Of a stretch of DNA of 64,000 nt, positions 20,187 through 30,421 are shown one piece after another. The notes beneath the pieces were generated by a model. That model was given only the letters and a program-made list of their open reading frames with translations. It searched no databases and was not told where the DNA came from. Source of the stretch: Candidatus Yanofskybacteria bacterium CG10_big_fil_rev_8_21_14_0_10_36_16 (GTDB taxonomy: Bacteria; Patescibacteriota; Minisyncoccia; 2-02-FULL-40-12; IGHO2-01-FULL-4-A). A program made the translations under genes and the position numbers. Position 1 is the first letter of the stretch; each line of letters opens with the position of its first letter. The DNA lies in contig PCXQ01000004.1 of assembly GCA_002794035.1 (NCBI GenBank), positions 97,213 to 161,212 of the forward strand, written 5' to 3'.

Positions 20187-20516
20187 TTAAATCAATTTAA
20201 TACACTCATTTGGTAAATCTACACAAATATCCCCCACCCACCAATCAGCAATCTCACTCAAAACATTAGTAAATTTTTTATGCTTTGGGTGCCCTCTAAA
20301 CCTCTGGAGAGCATCATCATTTTCAAAAATTGCAACCTCAACCAAATCACACTTTTTTGGATTAAAATTATGATCTACTTTCCAAAACAATACACCAGCT
20401 TCCCTACCGCCACAATCTTTATCAAGTGTTTGCATCATGTCATAAATTTTTTTTCTTGAATCTTCAGAAACATCTTCATTAAATTTTATCAATACAGTAC
20501 GAAAAAGAACATCCAT
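20187..20516 (-). CDS. Stress-responsive alpha/beta-barrel (Dabb) domain protein
   Basis: About 100 aa, pattern consistent with Dabb family; weak. Confidence 0.4.
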   Translation of the reverse strand: MDVLFRTVLIKFNEDVSEDSRKKIYDMMQTLDKDCGGREAGVLFWKVDHNFNPKKCDLVEVAIFENDDALQRFRGHPKHKKFTNVLSEIADWWVGDICVDLPNECIKLI

Positions 20517-20543
20517 GTTAATTTACTTGTTTTATTAATAATT

Positions 20544-20924
20544 TTACCCAGTTTTTAAAAGCAAAAATACTCCGATTATTATAATTACCATCCCCAAAAT
20601 ATGAACGGGCGTTAATGTTTCTTTATATAGAAACCAAGAAGCAATGGCTATCAAAACAATTTGGCTGCTTAAAGCAATCGGGTAAAAAACATTGAGTTGC
20701 ATCTTAGTTAAAAGCCAAACCCACAACACAAAAGCCAAACCAAATGACGCAAGTCCACCAAGAATATATAGATTCCCAAACATCAAGAACACAAAATCAA
20801 ATAGTTCTTTTGGGGGTTTGGGCAATGCCAGTGAATCACCCAAAACAAGTGTGCCTTTTTTTAATAAAAGATTGGCACCGGCAGATAATACAATTGATAA
20901 AAGTAAAATTAAAAAATTAAACAT
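20544..20924 (-). CDS. SMR/EamA-like 4-TM protein, ArnE/ArnF-like candidate flippase subunit
   Basis: 126 aa, 4 TM helices, GANLLLKKG motif; adjacent to DegT aminotransferase. Confidence 0.5.
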   Translation of the reverse strand: MFNFLILLLSIVLSAGANLLLKKGTLVLGDSLALPKPPKELFDFVFLMFGNLYILGGLASFGLAFVLWVWLLTKMQLNVFYPIALSSQIVLIAIASWFLYKETLTPVHILGMVIIIIGVFLLLKTG

Positions 20925-22014
20925 TATTATTAAAAAAAGTTTTTATTTTATCACACACATAATCTATTTGATCCTTGCTTAGGGTCAAAGATGATGGCAA
21001 CCACAAACCTCTTTTGGAAATCTCAGCAGACACAGGGAATTTTTTATTAGTATAACCTTTATACGCTGGCTGAGAATTTATTGATGGATAAAAAGCCCTA
21101 GTTCCTATATTGTTTAACTTGAGATATCCCATTAATTTTTTACGCTTTTCTACAGGAACTAAGATGTCAACAAATAAAGGAGTTGTTTCTGAAAAATCCA
21201 AATTTAAAAACTCAATTTCAGATACCCCAGAAAGATTTTTTTTATAAATTTTATACAGCTCTTTTTTTCTTTTTATGCGCTCTTTAATATTACTAATCTG
21301 AATCAAACCAACAACCGCTTGTAAATCAGAAAATTTAAAATTATATCCAACTGTTTCATGATAATCCATTCCCCCTTCCAGCCTACCAAAGTTTTTTAAC
21401 TTCTTTATCTTATCATATATTTTTTTGTTATTTGTAACAACGATTCCCCCGTTACCAGTACTTATTATTTTATGAAAGGTCAAAGAAAAACATCCGGCAT
21501 CACCAAATGTACCAAGAAACTTGCCTTTGTGCTTTGACCCAAATGACTGACAAGAGTCTTCTATTAAAAATATCCCCCTGTCTTTACACAACTTTCTCAA
21601 CTTTACAATGTCTCCGCTTCGGCCATTTATTGAAACGTATATGATAGCTTTTGTCTTTTTTGTTATTGGCAATATGTTTATATCCATACACATTGTCTCT
21701 GAATCAACATCTACAAAAACTGGCCTTGCCCCAGTAAACAAAATAGAGTTAGGAGTGGCTATCATAGTATAATCAGGAACAATAACTTCATCTCCCCTGC
21801 CAATACCTAGGGCCATAAGACACAACGACAGTGCCACGGTTCCATTGTTTGTGGCTATGGCATATTTTACCCCCAAAAATTCGGCAACGCTTTTTTCAAA
21901 TTCTTCGGTTTTTTCAAATTCTGCCATCCAACCACCCGAATTCAAATAAGCACCGACTGCGCGAGATTCTTTTTCGGTAATCCAAGGCTCAATTTGATTA
22001 ATAAATTTCTTCAT
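20917..22014 (-). CDS. DegT/DnrJ/EryC1/StrS family PLP-dependent sugar aminotransferase
   Basis: Family-typical fold-type I sugar aminotransferase sequence with active-site Lys region FHKIISTGNGG. Confidence 0.8.
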   Translation of the reverse strand: MKKFINQIEPWITEKESRAVGAYLNSGGWMAEFEKTEEFEKSVAEFLGVKYAIATNNGTVALSLCLMALGIGRGDEVIVPDYTMIATPNSILFTGARPVFVDVDSETMCMDINILPITKKTKAIIYVSINGRSGDIVKLRKLCKDRGIFLIEDSCQSFGSKHKGKFLGTFGDAGCFSLTFHKIISTGNGGIVVTNNKKIYDKIKKLKNFGRLEGGMDYHETVGYNFKFSDLQAVVGLIQISNIKERIKRKKELYKIYKKNLSGVSEIEFLNLDFSETTPLFVDILVPVEKRKKLMGYLKLNNIGTRAFYPSINSQPAYKGYTNKKFPVSAEISKRGLWLPSSLTLSKDQIDYVCDKIKTFFNNNV

Positions 22015-22960
22015 AATATTTAATGGTTCTTTTTAGACCATCTTCTAACTTAGTTTTTGGTACCCAACCAAAACTTTTTTTACATTTTGAAACATTAAAA
22101 ACTTTATACGGAGCTCCGTCAGGCTTAGATGTATCGAACACTAACTTACCCTTATATCCTGATTCTTTTTTAATTAACTGGGCCAATTTTTTTATGGAAA
22201 CCCCTTTGCCAGGACCAATATTTATTGGTTCTATTCCTAAACTTGTCCTAAATTTTATTGCTCTCATTATAGCCTCAACCCCGTCATCAACATAAAGCCA
22301 TTCTCTTATCGGATCACCACTGCCCCAAACAACAACCTCTTTCTCATTTTTGTTTTTAGCAGCAACAATTTTTTTAATAAGAGCTCCCAAGGCATGGCTT
22401 CGAACTTCATCAAAATGGTCACCCGGACCATACATGTTTGTAAAAATTAAATTAGCAAAATTCATTCCATATTGTTTATGATATGCCCAAGCATTAACCC
22501 AACTCGCCTTTCTAGACATGCCGTAGCTCAAAACAGATTCGTGAATTGGACCATCCCACCATTGATTCTCTTTGAATGGCTTATCAAGAGCTCCCGGATA
22601 TGTACAATTTGGAAGAATGTTAACAAACAAAGACACGCCAAATTCTTTGGCACATTCAATTAAATTTGCATTTATCAATGTATTATTTAAAAATATCTCA
22701 GCTGGCTTTTCATAACCAAACTGAATCCCTCCAACAAACGCAGCTACATTAACTATAATATTGGGCTTTTCTTTTTTAAAAATCTTTTTTAGATTATTTA
22801 AATCCCTAAAATCAATCCCCCTACTTATAGATGTCGCCACGTAGGGAATTTTATCTTTCCTTAACCTTTCAGCCAAATGTTGCCCCAAAAAACCTGTTCC
22901 TCCAGCAATAAATATTTTGTTTAAACTAAGTTTTGTTGAAATTTTACTTTTTTTAGCCAT
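21998..22960 (-). CDS. NAD-dependent epimerase/dehydratase, GDP-L-fucose-synthase-like paralog
   Basis: IFIAGGTGFLGQH Rossmann; overall similarity to Fcl at 19169..20128. Confidence 0.7.
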   Translation of the reverse strand: MAKKSKISTKLSLNKIFIAGGTGFLGQHLAERLRKDKIPYVATSISRGIDFRDLNNLKKIFKKEKPNIIVNVAAFVGGIQFGYEKPAEIFLNNTLINANLIECAKEFGVSLFVNILPNCTYPGALDKPFKENQWWDGPIHESVLSYGMSRKASWVNAWAYHKQYGMNFANLIFTNMYGPGDHFDEVRSHALGALIKKIVAAKNKNEKEVVVWGSGDPIREWLYVDDGVEAIMRAIKFRTSLGIEPINIGPGKGVSIKKLAQLIKKESGYKGKLVFDTSKPDGAPYKVFNVSKCKKSFGWVPKTKLEDGLKRTIKYYEEIY

Positions 22961-23021
22961 GTTGTATATTCTTAAAATAACTAAACAAATAATATAAATC
23001 TAATTGTAAAAAATATTTTTT

Positions 23022-24260
23022 GTGTTTATAGTCAAATATATGAATACCTGTATAATATGCCAAAACAAAACATTAAGTAAAGTCATTGAACTGGGGCACC
23101 ACCCTATAGCAGACACTTTTTTGAAAAAAGAAAGGATTTTGGAACCCCAAAAACTATACCCCCTGAATTGTCTTCTGTGCAAGAAATGCGGACACATCCA
23201 AAATGAATACGTAGTCCCACCAGAAGAAAGGTATATGGAAAATGATTATAGTTATACTGCCTCTAACTCAAAAATATCCTGCGAACACTGGCAAGAATAT
23301 TGCGATACAGTAAGTAATTACATAAACTTAAAAAAGGGTGACCACATAATTGAGTTTGGCTCCAATGATGGACTATTGTTAAGTTATTTCCAAAAGAAAG
23401 GCGCAAAAGCCACGGGAATTGATCCTTCACCAAACATGGCTAAACTTGCATCAAAACGAAATGTAAACACAATAAGCGGGCTACTGGGCAAAGAAACCCT
23501 TGCTACGGCCATACAAAAAAACAGCAAAGCAAAATTAATCTGTGGAAATAATGTATTCAATCACATATATAACTTAAATGATGTAATGCCTCATGTCATA
23601 GAAGCATTAGATAAAAATGGCTATTTTGTATTTGAGTCCCCATATGGAAAAGACATAATAGACAAATTTTTATTTGATACCATATATCACGAACATGCTT
23701 CTTACTTTTCAATAAAATCAGTTGATTTTCTATTTAAAAAACACGGGCTTTACATTTCAAATATAGAACATAATCTTTACCATGGTGGCTGTATCAGAGT
23801 ATATGCCTTAAAAGACATGTCTAAATACAATAAAAAATTGGTTAGCCGATACATTAAAGACGAAAATAAGAGTGGAATCTTTTCACTCAATACCTACAAA
23901 AAATTTATGGCAAAAATAGAAAAAGATAAGTTTGATACGCTTAGCCTTGTATATTCCCTAAAAAAGAAAAACCAAAAAATTGCTGCCATCGGTGCAGCTA
24001 CCAAAGGAAACACACTGATAAATTATTACAAACTTGATAGAAATGTGCTAGAATTTGTTACGGATACATCAAAACAAAAAATTGGCAAATACACTCCTGG
24101 CTCTCTTTTGCCCATATACCATGACAATAAATTATCATCTAAAAAAATAGATGTCGGATTGATTATTTCATGGAATATTGGCAAATTTTTGGCAAATAAA
24201 ATTAAAAAAATAAACCCCAAAATAAAATTGATAGTTCCGGGAGAAAAGAAGTTATTATAA
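23022..24260 (+). CDS. SAM-dependent methyltransferase with N-terminal zinc-ribbon and C-terminal C-methyltransferase domain (TylC3/NovU-like sugar C-MT family)
   Basis: CIICQN...CLLCKKCGH zinc-binding N-terminus, class I MT core, conserved C-terminal domain; paralog at 29147..30421. Confidence 0.65.
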   Translation: MFIVKYMNTCIICQNKTLSKVIELGHHPIADTFLKKERILEPQKLYPLNCLLCKKCGHIQNEYVVPPEERYMENDYSYTASNSKISCEHWQEYCDTVSNYINLKKGDHIIEFGSNDGLLLSYFQKKGAKATGIDPSPNMAKLASKRNVNTISGLLGKETLATAIQKNSKAKLICGNNVFNHIYNLNDVMPHVIEALDKNGYFVFESPYGKDIIDKFLFDTIYHEHASYFSIKSVDFLFKKHGLYISNIEHNLYHGGCIRVYALKDMSKYNKKLVSRYIKDENKSGIFSLNTYKKFMAKIEKDKFDTLSLVYSLKKKNQKIAAIGAATKGNTLINYYKLDRNVLEFVTDTSKQKIGKYTPGSLLPIYHDNKLSSKKIDVGLIISWNIGKFLANKIKKINPKIKLIVPGEKKLL

Positions 24261-24344
24261 CAAAATGGCAACCGATAGTAATTAATTGTAATTTATTGTG
24301 ACTACACTCAGCTACAACTAAGTACAATTAGTTATCATATAAAT

Positions 24345-24752
24345 TTGAAAAAAGAAAAAATAAAACCAGTCTTCAAAGACAAACGAGGAGACATTGCGGA
24401 TATTTTTTATAAAGAAAATATCAATCATGTTGCGGTTATTAATTCAAAAAAAGGAGCTTTGCGAGGTAATCACTATCACAAAAAAACCACTCAAGCAATG
24501 TTTATGTCTAAGGGCAGCTTAAGATACTACTACAAAGAATATGACAAAAAAAAGAAAGAGTGGGGCAAAACAAAAAGCATAGTAGTAAAGGAAAACGAAA
24601 TGGTAACCACCCCTTCATATGAAATTCATGCCCTTGAGATTTTAGAAAAAAATCAATTTATCGTATTTTCGTGGGGACTTCGTGGTGGTAAAGATTATGA
24701 AAGTGACACCTTTAGAACAAAACCAACACTGATAAAAAACAATAAAAAATGA
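24345..24752 (+). CDS. WxcM/FdtA-like cupin (sugar 3,4-ketoisomerase-like)
   Basis: 135 aa cupin with GNHYHK His motif typical of FdtA/QdtA family. Confidence 0.55.
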   Translation: MKKEKIKPVFKDKRGDIADIFYKENINHVAVINSKKGALRGNHYHKKTTQAMFMSKGSLRYYYKEYDKKKKEWGKTKSIVVKENEMVTTPSYEIHALEILEKNQFIVFSWGLRGGKDYESDTFRTKPTLIKNNKK

Positions 24753-25414
24753 AAACAACATTAATAATACCCGCACTCAACGAAGAGGGTGCCATAGGCA
24801 AAACACTAAAAGAAATACCTAGGAATTTTATTGATGAAATAATTGTTATTGATGGCCACTCAACAGACAATACCTTAAATGAAGCAAGAGAGGCCCTTAG
24901 AAACACCGACAAGGTTATAACCCAAAGAAGAAATGGGTTTGGTGGTGCATTATTTGATGCAGTAGAAATAGCAAACGGTGATGTAATCATGATAATGGAT
25001 GCAGATGGTTCTCATAACCCAAATGACATACCTAAAATTCTTGAAAAATTCACTAACAAAAATGATGTTGTAATGTCTTCTCGATACTCCAAAGGCGCCA
25101 GAAGTGACGACGATACACTGATTCGTTTACTCGGCAACTGGATATTCACTAAACTTACGAACATTATACACAAAACGAATGTATCGGATAGTTTATATTT
25201 TTTCTTTGCAATTTCTAGAGACAACTTCAAAAAATTAAATCTTCAAAATCATGGATTTGGTATATGTATAGAATTTTTAGTTAAAGCAAAGAGAGCTGGT
25301 TTAACCTTTAAAGAAATCCCCGCTATAGAAAGACCGCGACTTGCTGGCAAATCAAAAGTAAATGCCTTGAAAGATGGTTTTAAAATATTGAAGGTTATCC
25401 TTAAAAAGTATTGA
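24749..25414 (+). CDS. GT2 glycosyltransferase, polyprenyl-phosphate sugar synthase (DPM1/ArnC-like)
   Basis: IIPALNEE ... DGHSTDNT ... DADGSHNP GT2 DxD region; 221 aa soluble GT2 typical of Dpm1/ArnC. Confidence 0.8.
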   Translation: MKTTLIIPALNEEGAIGKTLKEIPRNFIDEIIVIDGHSTDNTLNEAREALRNTDKVITQRRNGFGGALFDAVEIANGDVIMIMDADGSHNPNDIPKILEKFTNKNDVVMSSRYSKGARSDDDTLIRLLGNWIFTKLTNIIHKTNVSDSLYFFFAISRDNFKKLNLQNHGFGICIEFLVKAKRAGLTFKEIPAIERPRLAGKSKVNALKDGFKILKVILKKY

Positions 25415-26106
25415 TTATGAAATCAACAAATGAGGAATTTGCTAAAATTTTTGATGGTATAGCTTCTCACTACAATGAGATAAGCAATCCCTATATTGTA
25501 AGCATACGCAAAAACATATTTGCTAATTGGGCAGAAGGAAAATGTATTGAGGTGGGAGCAGGAACCGGAGAAATCTCCAGGTTTTTGTCGCAAAAATACA
25601 AAGTTGTGGCAACAGACATATCACCACAGATGGTAAGTGAAATCAAAAAACGTGGCATTGAAGCATACGTATGCGATGCAGAAAAGCTTCCCTTCCCTAA
25701 TGAATCATTTGATACCGTAATATCCGCGGAAGTTATTTTTTACTTGGATAATCCAGAAAAATTTATATCTGAAGCAAATAGAGTTTTAAAACCTGGCGGG
25801 CGTCTTCTTATTTCTTGTGCAAGCAATTTCCCAGGTAAATTTTATGACAAACTAAGATCGACTCTACGCAACTTAGGAATCGGGGGTATGTACTTTGATG
25901 AAGATACTCTGGGTGAATTTATGTCTGTACCAAAATTAAAAAAAATGATAGTTAAAAATAATTTTAGCATTGTTGAAATTAAAAAATCACCAGTCCTTCC
26001 TATTGCATCACTTACTCGCCTCAATAAATTACTAGAAAAAACTCTCTTGCATCATTTCGGAATATTTATTTTTACCTACGCTCAAAAACCAATTAAAGCC
26101 GAATAA
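25411..26106 (+). CDS. Class I SAM-dependent methyltransferase
   Basis: VGAGTGEIS motif I. Confidence 0.7.
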   Translation: MIMKSTNEEFAKIFDGIASHYNEISNPYIVSIRKNIFANWAEGKCIEVGAGTGEISRFLSQKYKVVATDISPQMVSEIKKRGIEAYVCDAEKLPFPNESFDTVISAEVIFYLDNPEKFISEANRVLKPGGRLLISCASNFPGKFYDKLRSTLRNLGIGGMYFDEDTLGEFMSVPKLKKMIVKNNFSIVEIKKSPVLPIASLTRLNKLLEKTLLHHFGIFIFTYAQKPIKAE

Positions 26107-26111
26107 ATTTA

Positions 26112-26152
26112 AAAATTAAAACGGCCCTCATTGAATGTGGGCCGTTTTTTAA
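26112..26152. terminator. Bidirectional rho-independent terminator (aaacggccc-loop-gggccgttttttt)
   Basis: 9-10 bp stem with A-run upstream and T-run downstream between convergent genes. Confidence 0.55.
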
Positions 26153-26207
26153 TAATATTTGCCTTTCTGTTAACTTATTAATTTATCATTATCAGTCAAA
26201 CATTTCA

Positions 26208-27830
26208 TTATATTTCATCTGCATAATCACCATGAACCCATCCCCATTCGTTGAATCCCTTTTTAATTTTGTACCAGCCATTTTCAACATCAACAAACGT
26301 GTATTCTTCTCCAGGCAAAACTTGTCCCAAAACATCATACCCCGTAGAAGAACCACTTCTTACTCTCAAATATCCTATACCCTGAACAACCCTTAGTTTA
26401 CCGCCAATTCTCATTTGGGCAAATTCTTGTCCTGATATTACCTGCACATCGGCCCAACTATATCCCGCCGCGTTAAATTCTGCTTCAGTCCTAACCCATA
26501 TCAATGTCCCGTCTTCTCCTTGAACGTAAACTTTCGGATCATTTGTTTTCCTAAAGAGCTTGGTCGGCATATCCGATGGGGCAATTTGAAGTGCTGCAAA
26601 TTCCGGTCCTGATATTACCTGCACATCTTCCCATTTGTATCCGGCGGCATTGAAATCTTCCAGCGTACTAACCCAATGAAGCACACCATCACCTTCATCT
26701 ACATAAACTTTGGGATCGGCAACTTTTCTGAACAGTTTAACTGATATTACCGGTGCAGGGGTCGGGCTTGCTGTTACTATGGGTGTCGGAGCCGGACTAA
26801 CCACAGGGGTAGGCGTTGGTGTGGGTGTTGGTGTAGCAAAAGGTGTTCCTCCCCCACCGCCAGCGCTTTTTTTAGAGGCAACAATAGTAACCGTGCTTTG
26901 TGCGTCACTGCCAGTTGTTCGGTCTGTATAGGTTCCTGTTTTAGTATCCAAATCGTAATGTGTTACAGAAGCAGTAGTCTCCGTATCAGCTATTGGAACA
27001 GCACAAAAATAATCCCCATAATTAGCACCAGTTCCAGCTGTACAGCTCGTACCTAAGCTGTCACCTGCCGTAACAATACCTGTGGAAAGATTTGTTGTAC
27101 CGCCGGATACCTGAAGAGTTACCTTAACACCAAAAGATAAGCCCGCTGTATCAATATCAGAATCCTGAGAAGAATCAAAGTCAACGCTTTGTGATGCAGT
27201 TGCTGAAATTGTTAAAGCCGCTGATGTTCCATTAATATAACCATCAGCACCTCCCGCAATAGTCCCACCACTGGTTGACCCTGCAATATATTTCTTACCT
27301 CCACTATATGACTGAGAAGCAACCGTACCACTATAAGTAGCTGAGGCAGTAGTGCCATCCAGAGTCAAGGTGTTGCCAAGTTCATCCTCGATACCATTTA
27401 CAACTATGGAGTAATCCATGCTCGCCAAAGCGCTGAACGGGTCACTGGCCGAGGCCGGAAGCGCGACTGTAAAATCTCTGGTAACCCAGCCATCAAGGGA
27501 AGCTGAACCAGTAATGGTGTCGCTAGTTCCAAAAATACAACCAGCATCGGTCATTTCCTTTGACGCGGAAGCAACCTTAATAATACCATCCGCTGCTTGA
27601 GTGCTTTCTGAGGCCGTATTGTCAGTTATTGTTCCGAGACCGCTACCACATGAAAAGTTTATGGTAACCCCGTTATCATTTAAAACATCTAGTTCTGTAT
27701 CAATTCTAAAAAACACAAACTCACCAGCATCTGCCGCATAAGTTTCTCCCGGAATTAATATTACTGCAAATAAAAAAACAACAAAAACTGCTAATAAATT
27801 AAAACTCCACCTAACTAAACTGCCTTTCAT
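26208..27830 (-). CDS. Secreted surface protein with Thr/Pro-rich linker, tandem 50-aa repeat domain and C-terminal SH3b-like domain
   Basis: Signal peptide; TPFATPTPTPTPTPVVSPAPTP linker; duplicated KLFRK..DPKVYV...FNAAGY..DVQVISG repeat; C-terminal SH3b-like segment. Confidence 0.55.
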   Translation of the reverse strand: MKGSLVRWSFNLLAVFVVFLFAVILIPGETYAADAGEFVFFRIDTELDVLNDNGVTINFSCGSGLGTITDNTASESTQAADGIIKVASASKEMTDAGCIFGTSDTITGSASLDGWVTRDFTVALPASASDPFSALASMDYSIVVNGIEDELGNTLTLDGTTASATYSGTVASQSYSGGKKYIAGSTSGGTIAGGADGYINGTSAALTISATASQSVDFDSSQDSDIDTAGLSFGVKVTLQVSGGTTNLSTGIVTAGDSLGTSCTAGTGANYGDYFCAVPIADTETTASVTHYDLDTKTGTYTDRTTGSDAQSTVTIVASKKSAGGGGGTPFATPTPTPTPTPVVSPAPTPIVTASPTPAPVISVKLFRKVADPKVYVDEGDGVLHWVSTLEDFNAAGYKWEDVQVISGPEFAALQIAPSDMPTKLFRKTNDPKVYVQGEDGTLIWVRTEAEFNAAGYSWADVQVISGQEFAQMRIGGKLRVVQGIGYLRVRSGSSTGYDVLGQVLPGEEYTFVDVENGWYKIKKGFNEWGWVHGDYADEI

Positions 27831-28107
27831 TTGATTTTATCTGATAGAGTTAAAAACAAAAAACCATTGTTTAATTGCCCCGTCCCATACCAGAGTTATT
27901 ATTGATTGTCACTACTTTTATTATACAGCAATCATAATTTTTGCCCCCCCCTACTGTTGATAACCACGATTGTTTGACCTCCCCGCAAACAGGCCAATCA
28001 TATGATCAGTGCACCAACAATACGACTTGAAACTAAAAAACAAAACGTATTGTACAAGACTTTGTGTGAAGTTGAAAAGAAATTCAGGTTTATATAGAGT
28101 AAATATA

Positions 28108-29157
28108 ATGACAATCCTATACTTAAATTTTACTAAAAACATACACGCAAGAGATGCGGTTTATTTAAATGGTCTAAAAGAAAATGGGGTAAAAATAATT
28201 GAATGCATAGATAGCACTCCGGGCTGGGGAAAATACAAAAGATTATACAAGGAAATAAAAAAAAGAAATAATAACTATGATTTTGTAATGGTTGGCTACA
28301 CGGGTCATGTTTTGGTTCCCTTGGCGAAACTGGCATCCCAAAAACCCATAATATTTAACGCACTCGCCTCTCTTTACGAAGGCATCATAATTTCCCGTTC
28401 ACAGGCAAGCAAACTTTCATTTAAATCGCTTTACGTATGGTTAATTGATTTTATTTCTTTTAGGCTATCTAAAATTGTTCTTGTTGAGTCTAATGCTCAA
28501 AGAATATTTTTAAGCAAAAAATTCTTATTACCACCCCAAAAATTCTTAGTTACATGGACTGGCGTTGATGAAAACGAATTTAAATACAACCCGGAAATTA
28601 AAAAAATATCAGATTTTACCGTTTTATTTCGTGGAGGATTTTTACCAGAATCAGGAATTGAATATGCAATTGAAGCAGCCGAAATATTAAAAGGTGAAGA
28701 TGTTAAATTTAGAATATTGGGCTCAGGACAAATGGAAAATCTTGTTAAGCAAAAACTAAATTCATTTGATTCAAAAAATGTTGAGTGGATAAAAGAAAAA
28801 CTACCCATGAAAGAACTTATAACAAAAATGCAGGAATGCCACTTAAGCTTGGGCCAGCTTTCAAATCATGACCGCCTCAAAAGAACCATACCTCATAAAG
28901 CATTTGAGAGTTTAGCTCTTAAACTCCCATACCTAACTGCTCGCAACGAAGGGGTAATGGAACTTCTTGAAGAAAACAAAACCTGCTTAGCTTGCAATCC
29001 AGCAGATCCACACGATCTAGCAAAAAAAATATTGTGGGTAAAAACCCACAAAACAGAAGTTGAAAAAATAACAGAAACAGGTTACGATTTACTTCATATA
29101 AAATTGTCTCCCTGCATATTAGCAAAAAAACTTTTAAATAACCTAGATGTCAAATAA
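28108..29157 (+). CDS. Glycosyltransferase family 1 (GT4-like)
   Basis: GT-B C-terminal domain with EX7E-like region; start at internal ATG 28108 (ORF begins GTG 28009). Confidence 0.7.
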   Translation: MTILYLNFTKNIHARDAVYLNGLKENGVKIIECIDSTPGWGKYKRLYKEIKKRNNNYDFVMVGYTGHVLVPLAKLASQKPIIFNALASLYEGIIISRSQASKLSFKSLYVWLIDFISFRLSKIVLVESNAQRIFLSKKFLLPPQKFLVTWTGVDENEFKYNPEIKKISDFTVLFRGGFLPESGIEYAIEAAEILKGEDVKFRILGSGQMENLVKQKLNSFDSKNVEWIKEKLPMKELITKMQECHLSLGQLSNHDRLKRTIPHKAFESLALKLPYLTARNEGVMELLEENKTCLACNPADPHDLAKKILWVKTHKTEVEKITETGYDLLHIKLSPCILAKKLLNNLDVK

Positions 29158-30421
29158 GAAAACAATTGAAAGAAATACCTGCAGAATATCCGGCGAAAAG
29201 CTGGTTGATTTATTTTCTCTAGGAAAGACCTATGTTTCTGATTTTTTAAAACCAGAAACAAAACCCAAGTTACCCCCTATTGAATTAAAAATGTGCCTAG
29301 CTCCAAAATCAGGGTTAGTTCAATTATCACATACTGCACCAACAGACGAAATGTATAGAGAATATTGGTACAAATCAGGCACCAACGCAACAATGACAAA
29401 AGAACTTGAAGAGATAGCAACAACCGCTCAAAGATTAGCAAAAACAAAAAAGGGCGATGTTTTTGTAGATATTGGTTGCAATGATGGCACTTTATTAAAA
29501 TTTATAGACAAAGATTTAATACGCGTTGGCTTTGACCCTGCTAAAAACGGGTACAAAAAACTATCTTCAAAACACGCTAATTTAATAGTTGAGGATTATT
29601 TTAACTATGAAGCTTTTAAAAAGAGCAGATATGGCAAACAAAAAGCAAAAATAATAACCTCTATTGCGATGTTTTATGATTTAGAAAACCCGGATAAATT
29701 TATAAATGACATAAACAAAACAATGGACAAAAACGGGCTTTGGATAGTCCAAATGAGTTACTTACCTTTAATGCTTGAGCAATTGGCATTTGATAACATA
29801 TGCCATGAACATGTAGAGTACTACAGCTTGACTGCAATGAAATATTTATTAAATAGGCACAACATGAAAATAGTTGATTGCCAGGTAAATGATGTAAACG
29901 GAGGAAGCGCTAGAATATTTATTAGAAAAAAAGATGCTGATAATCATACATTTGCCACTGCTCCTCATAGAGATGTTGCCAACTATAGAGTAGCTTCTAT
30001 ATTAAGCCACGAAAAAACCTTAAACTTAAACAAAAAAACGGTATATCTTAATTTTTATAAAAAATCATTAGAACTCAAAAGAAAAACAGTTAATTTTATA
30101 AAAAAAGAAAAAAACCGTGGCAAAACAATATGGGGTTATGGGGCCTCAACGAAAGGCAACACACTACTCCAATGGTTTGGTCTTGATAATAATTTAATTG
30201 ATGCGATTGCCGAGAGAAACCCTGGAAAATATGGATTAAAAACAGTTGGCACAAACATACCCATAAAATCAGAATTAGAAATGAGAAGGGCTAAGCCAGA
30301 CTATTTGCTTATTTTACCTTGGCATTTTATTCGTGAGTTCAAGGAACGTGAATCTGAATACCTAAAAGGGGGTGGCAAATTTATTGTGCCATGCCCAGAA
30401 TTTGAAATAATAGAAAGTTAA
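29147..30421 (+). CDS. SAM-dependent methyltransferase, TylC3/NovU-like C-methyltransferase family (paralog of 23022..24260)
   Basis: N-terminal Cys-rich zinc-ribbon, MT core DIGCNDG, conserved C-terminal domain. Confidence 0.65.
   Translation: MSNKKTIERNTCRISGEKLVDLFSLGKTYVSDFLKPETKPKLPPIELKMCLAPKSGLVQLSHTAPTDEMYREYWYKSGTNATMTKELEEIATTAQRLAKTKKGDVFVDIGCNDGTLLKFIDKDLIRVGFDPAKNGYKKLSSKHANLIVEDYFNYEAFKKSRYGKQKAKIITSIAMFYDLENPDKFINDINKTMDKNGLWIVQMSYLPLMLEQLAFDNICHEHVEYYSLTAMKYLLNRHNMKIVDCQVNDVNGGSARIFIRKKDADNHTFATAPHRDVANYRVASILSHEKTLNLNKKTVYLNFYKKSLELKRKTVNFIKKEKNRGKTIWGYGASTKGNTLLQWFGLDNNLIDAIAERNPGKYGLKTVGTNIPIKSELEMRRAKPDYLLILPWHFIREFKERESEYLKGGGKFIVPCPEFEIIES

Noticed and set aside
26710-26931. 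73-aa plus-strand ORF rich in Gly/Val/Thr
   Set aside because: It is the antisense shadow of the PT-rich linker of the surface protein gene, a repetitive codon artefact.
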